Source: a virus (Duplodnaviria > Caudoviricetes). Taken from it: a stretch of 45,138 nt of DNA. Below are positions 1-6,201 of the stretch, piece by piece; the stretch's first letter is position 1; each line of letters begins with the position of its first letter. Where the stretch lies: the IMG/VR virus record IMGVR_UViG_3300037467_000875, positions 1 to 45,138 of that record. One strand, written 5' to 3'. A program made the position numbers and the translations under genes. Under the pieces are notes generated by a model. The model was not told the origin of the DNA, made no database searches, and was given only the letters and a program-made list of their open reading frames with translations.

Positions 1-14
1 TTGCGAGACACGGA

Positions 15-419
15 ATGGTAGATCAGGAAGTTGCTCCCGTAAGTCATATGAACACGCGGCGCGAACGAGGAATCTTCGAGCCTTCGGAAGGGGGAATCTA
101 CCTCGATCCCTCAGACCCGTTTGAGGCAGCGTGTATTAAGATCGTGGAAATGAACCGTAAGAAGCGACAGGACTACGCGCTTGACGGTGACCCTTTTAGT
201 AATTTCCACATGAGCGTTGCGACACTCGGTGTAGATAACTTTGGGCCAATGGAGGCAGTCCTCTTTAATTTGGCTCAGAAGTTCGCACGCTTGCAAAGCC
301 TGCGGAAGAATGGTAGACTGGATGCAGCAGCAAACGAAGCGGCAGAAGATACCTACCTTGACATTGCAGTCTACGGTGTGATCCTCTACTCTATGGTTCT
401 GTCGTTTCAGGACAGCTAA
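15..419 (+). CDS. All-alpha NTP pyrophosphohydrolase-like protein (DUF1599 / nucleotide-modification-associated domain 1 type)
   Basis: Motifs RKKRQDYA..DPFSNF, QKFARL and EAAEDTYLDIAVY match the K..DY / K..RL / E...DT..D...Y pattern of this family. Confidence 0.7.
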   Translation: MVDQEVAPVSHMNTRRERGIFEPSEGGIYLDPSDPFEAACIKIVEMNRKKRQDYALDGDPFSNFHMSVATLGVDNFGPMEAVLFNLAQKFARLQSLRKNGRLDAAANEAAEDTYLDIAVYGVILYSMVLSFQDS

Positions 420-442
420 TACACAAACCGCTACACATGTTG

Positions 443-471
443 AGGGAGCCTCCAGAAGGGGGCTCCCTTTT
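443..471 (+). terminator. Intrinsic terminator
   Basis: Stem GGGAGCCTCC-agaa-GGGGGCTCCC followed by TTTT, just after ORF 15-419. Confidence 0.8.
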
Positions 472-494
472 CATGTCCTGTAAGAAGGAGTGGA

Positions 495-1901
495 ATGGCA
501 CTCGAACTACTGCCTCACCAGAAGGTAGCCGTAGAAAAGTTCCGTGGAATCCCTGCCGTGTTCATCGGGGACTCCATGGGGGTCGGCAAGACGCTGACCG
601 GCGTTCAGAGGGATCTTGATATCCGTGCAGCGTGGACGCCATCGCAAAAGGACAGTCACTTTAGGACACTCATCGTCTGCCAGAAGGGCGGCCTCTCGGT
701 CTGGCGTTGGCACCTGGAGCAGATGGGGGTATCTCCTAATCGCATCCTTGTGGTCGATCCTAGCGATAGGACTCGATTCAATACTGAGTTGGAGCTTGGT
801 GCTCTCAATTTCGATTACTATATTGTGCATTGGAATGCTCTTGCTCTACTGTCTGGATTGATGGTTCCAAAGAACTGGCACCATGTGATCGCGGACGAGG
901 TCCAATACGCTAAGAATCCTAAGACGAAGCGGACTCGTGAGTTCAAGAAGATCCCGTGCACTTTCCGCACTGCGATCTCAGGTACTCCTGCCGATGACAA
1001 GCCACAAGATTTCTGGTCCCCGCTTAACTGGCTTTACAAGAAGCAGTTCTCGTCGTACTGGCGTTTCTATAACAAGTACCTGAAGTGGCACACGCACCCT
1101 CACGGGTACCGAATCATTGACGGTGTGCAGAACATCGGTGAGTTGCACGACCTGATTAGGCCGTTCTACATTCGGCGAACGCTCACCGAAGTCATCGATG
1201 ACATGCCAGAGAAGACGCATTCCACTATCCGTGTGGAAATGACAAAGCGTCAGCGGCGTGACTACAATGCAATGGAGAAGTACCAGGTTTCCCGTTTGGG
1301 TGACCGCGAGGAAGAGCTAGTCGTTACTCATAAGATCGCAATGTATATGCGATTGCTCCAAATGACCATGGGTACTTGTGAACTCGACTGGTCTTTGGTA
1401 GAGGAAGGCAAGCGCGACTCGCCTGTTGTTCGGATCAATGAGCCATCCCCGAAGATCGATGCCCTTATGGAACTCATTGAGGAGCATCCTGAGGAGCAGT
1501 TCGTAGTTTTTACTAACTTCCGTGACGTTGTAGGGATGGTTCTGGACCGATGCAAGAAGGAAAAGATTTCAACTTCTCACATCACCGGGTCCGTCCTGTC
1601 ACAAGCCGCCCGCGATGCTGCGGTTGCCGACTTCCAATCGGGGAAGGCACGCGTCTTTGTTGGGACCGTGAAGGCGGCGGGTACCACCATTACCCTTACT
1701 GCTGCTCACACCCTGGTCTTCCTGGACCGCAACTGGAATCCGTCGGTGAATGAGCAGGCTGAGGACCGAATTTGGCGTATCGGTCAGAAGAATGCGTGCC
1801 AGATCATCGACATTATCGCAGAAGACACTGTAGATGAACCTCGTTTGAAGAAGATTTGGCAGAAGGCACAGGCCGTAAAGGATGTAGTGAACGTAAAATG
1901 A
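495..1901 (+). CDS. SNF2-family (SF2) helicase
   Basis: Walker A GDSMGVGKT, Walker B DEVQ, motif III SGTP, motif VI QAEDRIWRIGQ; AAGGAG RBS. Confidence 0.92.
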   Translation: MALELLPHQKVAVEKFRGIPAVFIGDSMGVGKTLTGVQRDLDIRAAWTPSQKDSHFRTLIVCQKGGLSVWRWHLEQMGVSPNRILVVDPSDRTRFNTELELGALNFDYYIVHWNALALLSGLMVPKNWHHVIADEVQYAKNPKTKRTREFKKIPCTFRTAISGTPADDKPQDFWSPLNWLYKKQFSSYWRFYNKYLKWHTHPHGYRIIDGVQNIGELHDLIRPFYIRRTLTEVIDDMPEKTHSTIRVEMTKRQRRDYNAMEKYQVSRLGDREEELVVTHKIAMYMRLLQMTMGTCELDWSLVEEGKRDSPVVRINEPSPKIDALMELIEEHPEEQFVVFTNFRDVVGMVLDRCKKEKISTSHITGSVLSQAARDAAVADFQSGKARVFVGTVKAAGTTITLTAAHTLVFLDRNWNPSVNEQAEDRIWRIGQKNACQIIDIIAEDTVDEPRLKKIWQKAQAVKDVVNVK

Positions 1902-2182
1902 ATGAAGATTCGTCCTCGGACACCGCACCGGGCAAGGTCAGCAATGAACCCGAGTGGTGCCAGGCCGAAATCTGGCCGTCGTGGTCCAACCGCTGGATCC
2001 GGTGCGGCTCCGCCATCGTCAACGGCCGATGCGGCAAGTACGGGCACATGCCGGTCCCCACAGGCGGCGACACTAGGTTCCACCCGGAGCCGGTTGGGCC
2101 CTCGTACCTCACCGATGAGCAGCGGCAGGCAATCCGGGAGCTTGGGTTCCCCAGGGGCGACACCGAGGAGACTAATTCATGA
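1898..2182 (+). CDS. Hypothetical protein (Cys/His-containing, 94 aa)
   Basis: ATGA overlap with the helicase stop at 1898-1901 and overlap with the next gene's ATG at 2179; start MNEDSS. Confidence 0.6.
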   Translation: MNEDSSSDTAPGKVSNEPEWCQAEIWPSWSNRWIRCGSAIVNGRCGKYGHMPVPTGGDTRFHPEPVGPSYLTDEQRQAIRELGFPRGDTEETNS

Positions 2183-2382
2183 GCCATACTGAAACCCAGT
2201 TCTATATTACTTCCGGGGTAGACAGGGAGGTGATCGTCCAGAAGGCAACTCAGTTCGTTAAGCGTGATGGCTACACGGCAGTAGTGCACGCACACTCGTA
2301 TAACGTGTTCGAATGCAACGAGCAGTGCCTCCAACTCCCTAAGCAGGAAGAAGTTAAGACAAGTGACGGCTCCCCTGTATGA
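2179..2382 (+). CDS. Hypothetical protein
   Basis: GAGGAG RBS, coupled ATGA start, HxH..C..C motif. Confidence 0.65.
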   Translation: MSHTETQFYITSGVDREVIVQKATQFVKRDGYTAVVHAHSYNVFECNEQCLQLPKQEEVKTSDGSPV

Positions 2383-2740
2383 ACTGCCTGGAAATGATAT
2401 TGCTCGTGTCCACGCGATCGATGTTCTAGAGCATCTTAATTCGTTGGGCAAGACACCTTACATTGCACAGAGGTTGGCACGGTTCGGGATTTTGGGAAGG
2501 CGCTTCTCGGATATCGAGTGTCCTCTCTCAATTTATCTCGTAGCTGTGCTGCCTGAGGTGCAGTGTGCAGCGGTGTCAATGGCGTGGGTGTCCCTGTACT
2601 CTGATGACAGGCGCAAGGCACAGTGGCGAGTCCCGGTCTCCCTTCGAGACTACCCACTCATTAGGAATTTCATCAAGGAAGTCGACCGGGGACACTTTCC
2701 GGCCCTCTTGCACAACCCTTCACCTGCGTGCTATACTTGA
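2363..2740 (+). CDS. Hypothetical protein
   Basis: 125-aa ORF, GTG start, overlaps the preceding gene in the same operon. Confidence 0.6.
   Translation: MTAPLYELPGNDIARVHAIDVLEHLNSLGKTPYIAQRLARFGILGRRFSDIECPLSIYLVAVLPEVQCAAVSMAWVSLYSDDRRKAQWRVPVSLRDYPLIRNFIKEVDRGHFPALLHNPSPACYT
2708..2737 (+). promoter_or_regulatory. Sigma70/HrdB-type promoter for the tRNA/ncRNA unit
   Basis: TTGCAC-18 nt-TATACT with extended -10 TG; predicted start near A2743. Confidence 0.7.
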
Positions 2741-2873
2741 ACATGTCAGACAGCCCCCTGACTGACACAATGGATTGACTGCTAGAACTTGAAAGGCGTG
2801 CCGAGTATCTAGCAGACAGCGCGGAGGCTGGTCCCGTCCTCTATCCAACACGGGACATACAAACTTAACTAAA

Positions 2874-3013
2874 GACGTCCTGTTCGCACCTACTGACATA
2901 GGTACGCTGAACAGTGGCCGTGGAGAAAGCCTCTCGCTCTAGCGTCGAAAAGGAGAGGCATTTAGCTACCGGTGGTCTTCCTTCCGGTGGGGCGGCGACA
3001 GTCGTCGGGCGTT
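2874..3013 (+). ncRNA. Putative structured RNA element (multi-branch)
   Basis: Closing stem GACGTC/GGCGTT encloses four hairpins (2880-2914, 2929-2959, 2966-2990, 2993-3007); no credible ORF. Confidence 0.45.
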
Positions 3014-3028
3014 GTGGTTGTGCAAAAA

Positions 3029-3201
3029 GAATTAGATCACGGGGCGAGTCAAACTCCGTCCCGGGTAGAGAATCGGGTAACTTCCAGCTATCCGATTTGC
3101 GCATGTGAAGCACCACGGTTAAGGTTCGTTCGCAGGAGTCCACCCCGGGTTCCTTTCGCCTGTGTCATGAACGTTCCTGCTCAAACCGTGATCTAATTCC
3201 A
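3029..3201 (+). ncRNA. Putative structured RNA with 14-bp terminal stem and 3' CCA
   Basis: GAATTAGATCACGG (3029-3042) is perfectly complementary to CCGTGATCTAATTC (3186-3199); internal helices; ends TCCA just before tRNA-Asn. Confidence 0.65.
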
Positions 3202-3202
3202 A

Positions 3203-3275
3203 TCTCCAATAGCTCAATTGGCAGAGCAACGGACTGTTAATCCGTTGGTTCCTGGTTCGAGTCCAGGTTGGAGAG
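3203..3275 (+). tRNA. tRNA-Asn (GTT)
   Basis: Acceptor TCTCCAA/TTGGAGA+G, D arm AGCTCAATTGGCAGAGC, anticodon arm ACGGA-CTGTTAA-TCCGT, T arm CCTGG-TTCGAGT-CCAGG; CCA not encoded. Confidence 0.97.
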
Positions 3276-3276
3276 C

Positions 3277-3348
3277 GGGTAGAAGGAAACGGCTACCTTT
3301 ATGTTAGTCCCCTGGGGGACGGGGCTAGAAACAAATAGTCCTCCACCA
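3277..3348 (+). ncRNA. Putative tRNA-like RNA with 3' H-type pseudoknot ending ACCA
   Basis: Hairpin GGTAG/CTACC, then S1 TAGTCCC/GGGGCTA, S2 GGGGGAC/GTCCTCC, A-rich loop and ACCA. Confidence 0.55.
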
Positions 3349-3349
3349 A

Positions 3350-3423
3350 GGCCCAATAGCTTAGCTGGTTAAAGCGCCACCCTGTCAAGGTGGAGATCGC
3401 GGGTTCAAGTCCCGTTTGGGTCG
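3350..3423 (+). tRNA. tRNA-Asp (GTC)
   Basis: Acceptor GGCCCAA/TTGGGTC+G, anticodon arm CCACC-CTGTCAA-GGTGG, T arm GCGGG-TTCAAGT-CCCGT; CCA not encoded. Confidence 0.97.
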
Positions 3424-3424
3424 C

Positions 3425-3544
3425 GAGTTGGGTACTGCTCACAAGGGACTGGTTCGGGGAAAGCTACCTGTTAGGGGATTGGATCGCTCAGCGACAACCC
3501 CTAACCTGTAGTAAGGTGACCGGTAGCAGTACCCAACTCTCCCA
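3425..3544 (+). ncRNA. Putative rod-shaped RNA
   Basis: Perfect 15-bp stem GAGTTGGGTACTGCT/AGCAGTACCCAACTC plus nested helices ACTGGTT/GACCGGT, CTAC/GTAG, GTTAGGGG/CCCCTAAC and TCGC/GCGA; followed by TCCCA. Confidence 0.7.
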
Positions 3545-3557
3545 ATTAGGAGTCTAA

Positions 3558-3713
3558 GTGATTATCCTGGGTTTGATTCTGTTGGTGCTGGGGCTTGTCC
3601 TTGGTATTAGCCTTCTGTGGTACATCGGTATTGCACTTCTGATTATCGGTGTGATTCTGTTTGCGCTTGGTGCGGCTGGTCGTCCAGTCGGTGGTCGTAG
3701 GTACTGGTATTAA
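3558..3713 (+). CDS. Small membrane protein resembling actinobacterial DUF6131 (51 aa; below the ORF-track cutoff)
   Basis: AGGAG RBS, GTG start; MIILGLILLVLGLVLGISLLWYIGIALLIIGVILFALGAAGRPVGGRRYWY, two hydrophobic helices and a GR.VGGRR.WY tail. Confidence 0.85.
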   Translation: MIILGLILLVLGLVLGISLLWYIGIALLIIGVILFALGAAGRPVGGRRYWY

Positions 3714-3731
3714 CCCATAAGTATCCGAGGG

Positions 3732-3839
3732 GTGCGTCTCGGTTCGGAACCCGATTCACAGCCGGTTTTGTCGGCCGTCGTGTGCAACGACTCAGTGATA
3801 GGTAATCCGGAGGTCCAAGTCAATGGGCCAACAACGCAC
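3732..3839 (+). ncRNA. Putative structured RNA element (multi-branch)
   Basis: Closing stem GTGCGT/ACGCAC encloses four hairpins (3739-3754, 3761-3775, 3777-3791, 3812-3829). Confidence 0.5.
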
Positions 3840-3843
3840 ATAA

Positions 3844-3917
3844 CTATCCGTGGCGCAGTTTGGTAGCGCACCTGCTTTGGGAGCAGGGGGTCGCAGGTTC
3901 AAATCCTGCCGGGTAGA
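3844..3917 (+). tRNA. tRNA-Pro (TGG)
   Basis: Acceptor CTATCCG/CGGGTAG+A, D arm GCGCAGTTTGGTAGCGC, anticodon arm CCTGC-TTTGGGA-GCAGG, T arm GCAGG-TTCAAAT-CCTGC. Confidence 0.96.
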
Positions 3918-3918
3918 C

Positions 3919-3986
3919 CGTGGGTAGTCCACAGTAAGTAACTGAATTGGTCCATGTGCAGTGAACACTGTGACTTCCGGCCCACG
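3919..3986 (+). ncRNA. Putative hairpin RNA between tRNA-Pro and the terminator
   Basis: Nested stems CGTGGGT/GCCCACG, AGT/ACT, CACAGT/ACTGTG and ACTG/CAGT. Confidence 0.4.
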
Positions 3987-4040
3987 AAGAAACCCCCGTA
4001 GGTTTCCCTCTTAAATGAGGCCCTACGGGGGTTTCTTTAT
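3987..4040. terminator. Bidirectional intrinsic terminator
   Basis: Perfect 16-bp inverted repeat AAGAAACCCCCGTAGG/CCTACGGGGGTTTCTT between convergent units, T-rich end on both strands. Confidence 0.88.
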
Positions 4041-4075
4041 TCAGTTGTTATTCAGTTATAAAACACCGAACGCTC

Positions 4076-4663
4076 TCAGGCGCTCGGAGCCTCATCGGTG
4101 GACGTGGTCGAGGAGTCCGCTGGGGGAACGTCAGCGGGAACCTCAGCCGGGGAATCGGCCGGGTCCGTCGAGACACCACCCGAGGTCGTCTCCGTGTCGG
4201 CCGGAACCGGAGTGTCGGCTGGAACAGGCGCGTCCGTACCACCCGGGGTAACCGTGGTCTCGCCACCGACATCCGGAGTCGAGTTGCCAGCGTTGACGTC
4301 GTTCCCGTTGTCGGTCACGTCACCGGTAGTGCTGCCCACGGTGTTGGTGTGCTGAAGCACAGCCTGAGCAGCAGCTTCGAGCTGGTCAGCCGCAGCCTGA
4401 GCAGCAGCGTTATCGTTATTCGCAAGAGCATCCCGGAGCTGCGAAGTGAGATCCTGAATCTCGTTCGCCTGCTGCTCAAGGGCGGCCATCGCGTCATTCG
4501 CGGCCTGCTGGTAGTCAGCCATTTCCCGCCTTACCTTTCCTAATTCATCCAGGACGAAGGTCTTGATATCTGCAACCTGAGTACGAGCCCAGGTGTAGAG
4601 GCCCTTAATATCTTCCTCTAGACCCGACAGGCCCATTTGCTCACGCTCCCAAGCCTGTGGCAT
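4076..4663 (-). CDS. Hypothetical coiled-coil protein with acidic Thr/Pro/Asp-rich tail (possible internal start at 4522)
   Basis: Ala/Gln heptad-like region, tandem PVPADT repeats, strong RBS GAAAGGTAAGG before MADYQQ. Confidence 0.7.
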   Translation of the reverse strand: MPQAWEREQMGLSGLEEDIKGLYTWARTQVADIKTFVLDELGKVRREMADYQQAANDAMAALEQQANEIQDLTSQLRDALANNDNAAAQAAADQLEAAAQAVLQHTNTVGSTTGDVTDNGNDVNAGNSTPDVGGETTVTPGGTDAPVPADTPVPADTETTSGGVSTDPADSPAEVPADVPPADSSTTSTDEAPSA

Positions 4664-4709
4664 ATCACACGTCCAGAGTTGTGGAATAGATTTGCGTTGT
4701 GCTTACAAC

Positions 4710-4758
4710 ACAAGAATACCCCGCCAGGCACAAGTCTGCACCTAACGGGGTATCTTGT
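4710..4758 (-). terminator. Intrinsic terminator after mazG-like gene
   Basis: Minus-strand stem ATACCCCGTTAGG...CCTGGCGGGGTAT followed by TCTTGTGTT. Confidence 0.65.
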
Positions 4759-4772
4759 CTTGCGAACTACAT

Positions 4773-5111
4773 TTAGCGGTCGTCTCCGTTGCCGTTAAGC
4801 GAACCGGAGGTAGCTCGTCGCCGAAGCTTTTCCAGATTCAGCTTAGCAAGGTCATCAAGGTCCATGCCAAGCTCAGCGGCGAGGTTCGCGACATACCAGA
4901 GGACGTCACCCAACTCCTTACCGAGGTCTACTGTGACGTCTGCGAGTGCGAGTCCGTCTCGGTAATACTTCTTCCACTTGTTTGCGAGTTCCCCTGACTC
5001 TCCGATGAGTCCGAGGATGCAATAGTTGATGCAGAAGTCGGTGGGCTCGTCTCCGTCTGAGTTGTAGATGGCGGTGGATTCGGCGCGCTGCTGGTACTCG
5101 TTGAGATCCAT
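4773..5111 (-). CDS. MazG-like nucleotide pyrophosphohydrolase
   Basis: MDLNEYQQ, LGLIGESGELANKWKK, ELGDVLWYVA and NLEKL..R motifs; GAGGA RBS. Confidence 0.92.
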   Translation of the reverse strand: MDLNEYQQRAESTAIYNSDGDEPTDFCINYCILGLIGESGELANKWKKYYRDGLALADVTVDLGKELGDVLWYVANLAAELGMDLDDLAKLNLEKLRRRATSGSLNGNGDDR

Positions 5112-5500
5112 TGATTATCCTCAGGAAGTGGTGTCGTCGTCGTCTGACTTGTATCCGGAAGCGACGTTGAAACGATAGGTGAAGATCCCTGGGGAATCTC
5201 CGTCGTCGTATTGGGTGACGGTGTAGTGGTTAAGGTCGTGGAAATGGACTGAGAATCCCTTTGTAACGTCAATGTCGGACGGGATTCTGAGGATGGAACG
5301 CTTACCGAAGGATTCGACCTTGTGGGTATCGGTGGTAGAAATGGCACACCTCTGATGGTTTGGGAGAGGACGGGGAATCCCAAATAGAAAGCAGCAAAAG
5401 TTAAGCCTAGTGGTACACCCAAAAGAGCCGCACCCAAACTCAATTTTAGAGTTAAGATGCGGCTCTCCGGGTCCAGATATAACCAGTCTGGACAGCGCAT
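4928..5500 (-). CDS. Membrane-anchored Ser/Thr/Pro-rich protein
   Basis: N-terminal hydrophobic helix then low-complexity tail; starts 2 bp after the Rpf gene stop; 3' end overlaps the mazG-like gene by 184 bp. Confidence 0.6.
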   Translation of the reverse strand: MRCPDWLYLDPESRILTLKLSLGAALLGVPLGLTFAAFYLGFPVLSQTIRGVPFLPPIPTRSNPSVSVPSSESRPTLTLQRDSQSISTTLTTTPSPNTTTEIPQGSSPIVSTSLPDTSQTTTTPLPEDNQWISTSTSSAPNPPPSTTQTETSPPTSASTIASSDSSESQGNSQTSGRSITETDSHSQTSQ

Positions 5501-5502
5501 GA

Positions 5503-6201
5503 CTACCTAAGCTTTAGAATCTGACCAGGGTAGATCTTGTCAGGGTTAGTAACCTGATTCCTATTCAGATTCCACAGAGCCTTCGTCTTCATGCCATACG
5601 AAGCAGCAATTTCCGACAGCGTGTCCCCTCGCACCACTCGATGAGTCCGTGGTGCGGTGGAAGAGGCCACCGAGTCGTGAACTGGCGTAGTTACGGTCGA
5701 ATGCGTTTGCTGTGGCTTCACCGATTCCGTATGGGTCGATGGCGTGGAGGTCCCACGGCTTGACCTCGGAGTCGGCGAGGGCTTTGCGTGAGTCAGATTT
5801 GCGCGAACGGAACTTCCCGAAGAGGTTAATGCTGCTCCCACCTTTCCACTCCAACATGACTTCGAAGCAAGCCATGGCTGCGTCCCTCGTGCAGCCAAAA
5901 GCGAAGCGGCACGAGCATACTGTTCACTCACGGATGCATTCCTGGGATCTCCACTACCACCCACCGAACGCCAGGTAGGCAGATCAAACTGGAACAGACC
6001 GAAATGCGTACCGTTAGAGGCATTCGGGTTACCGGACGATTCGCACTGAGCGATAGCGTCCAGAATTCCAGTCTCTGCTGCGCTGGCGTCCGTCGGGTTG
6101 ATTAAGGATACCCCGGACGCGCTTGCAACTCCAAGTCCGAGAGCCAAAAACTTTCCGGTGGTCGACACCCTAGGCTCACGCACTACCGTGTGATTACCCA
6201 T
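5503..6201 (-). CDS. rpf: Resuscitation-promoting-factor-like lytic transglycosylase with C-terminal LysM
   Basis: Signal peptide ending ASA/A; Rpf core IAQCESSGN..GLFQFDLPTWRSVGG..ASVSEQ..GTQPW..C; LysM VVRGDTLSEIA..NPDKIYPGQILKL. Confidence 0.9.
   Translation of the reverse strand: MGNHTVVREPRVSTTGKFLALGLGVASASGVSLINPTDASAAETGILDAIAQCESSGNPNASNGTHFGLFQFDLPTWRSVGGSGDPRNASVSEQYARAASLLAARGTQPWLASKSCWSGKVGAALTSSGSSVRANLTHAKPSPTPRSSRGTSTPSTHTESVKPQQTHSTVTTPVHDSVASSTAPRTHRVVRGDTLSEIAASYGMKTKALWNLNRNQVTNPDKIYPGQILKLR

Noticed and set aside
3320-3342. Group I intron S-like motif (AAATAGTCC)
   Set aside because: No P3-P6 core or interrupted exon could be built
2743-3348. Possible tmRNA, suggested by the CTCCACCA end and G.U pair
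   Set aside because: No T arm before the ACCA, no tag frame ending in ALAA-like residues, and tRNA-Asn lies inside the interval
3276-3348. Theta/HDV-like ribozyme at the tRNA-Asn 3' end
   Set aside because: Only 10 nt lie between the candidate P1 strands, too few for P2, P3 and L3
2743-4037. CRISPR mini-array or repeat-spacer array
   Set aside because: No direct repeats; the elements are unrelated in sequence
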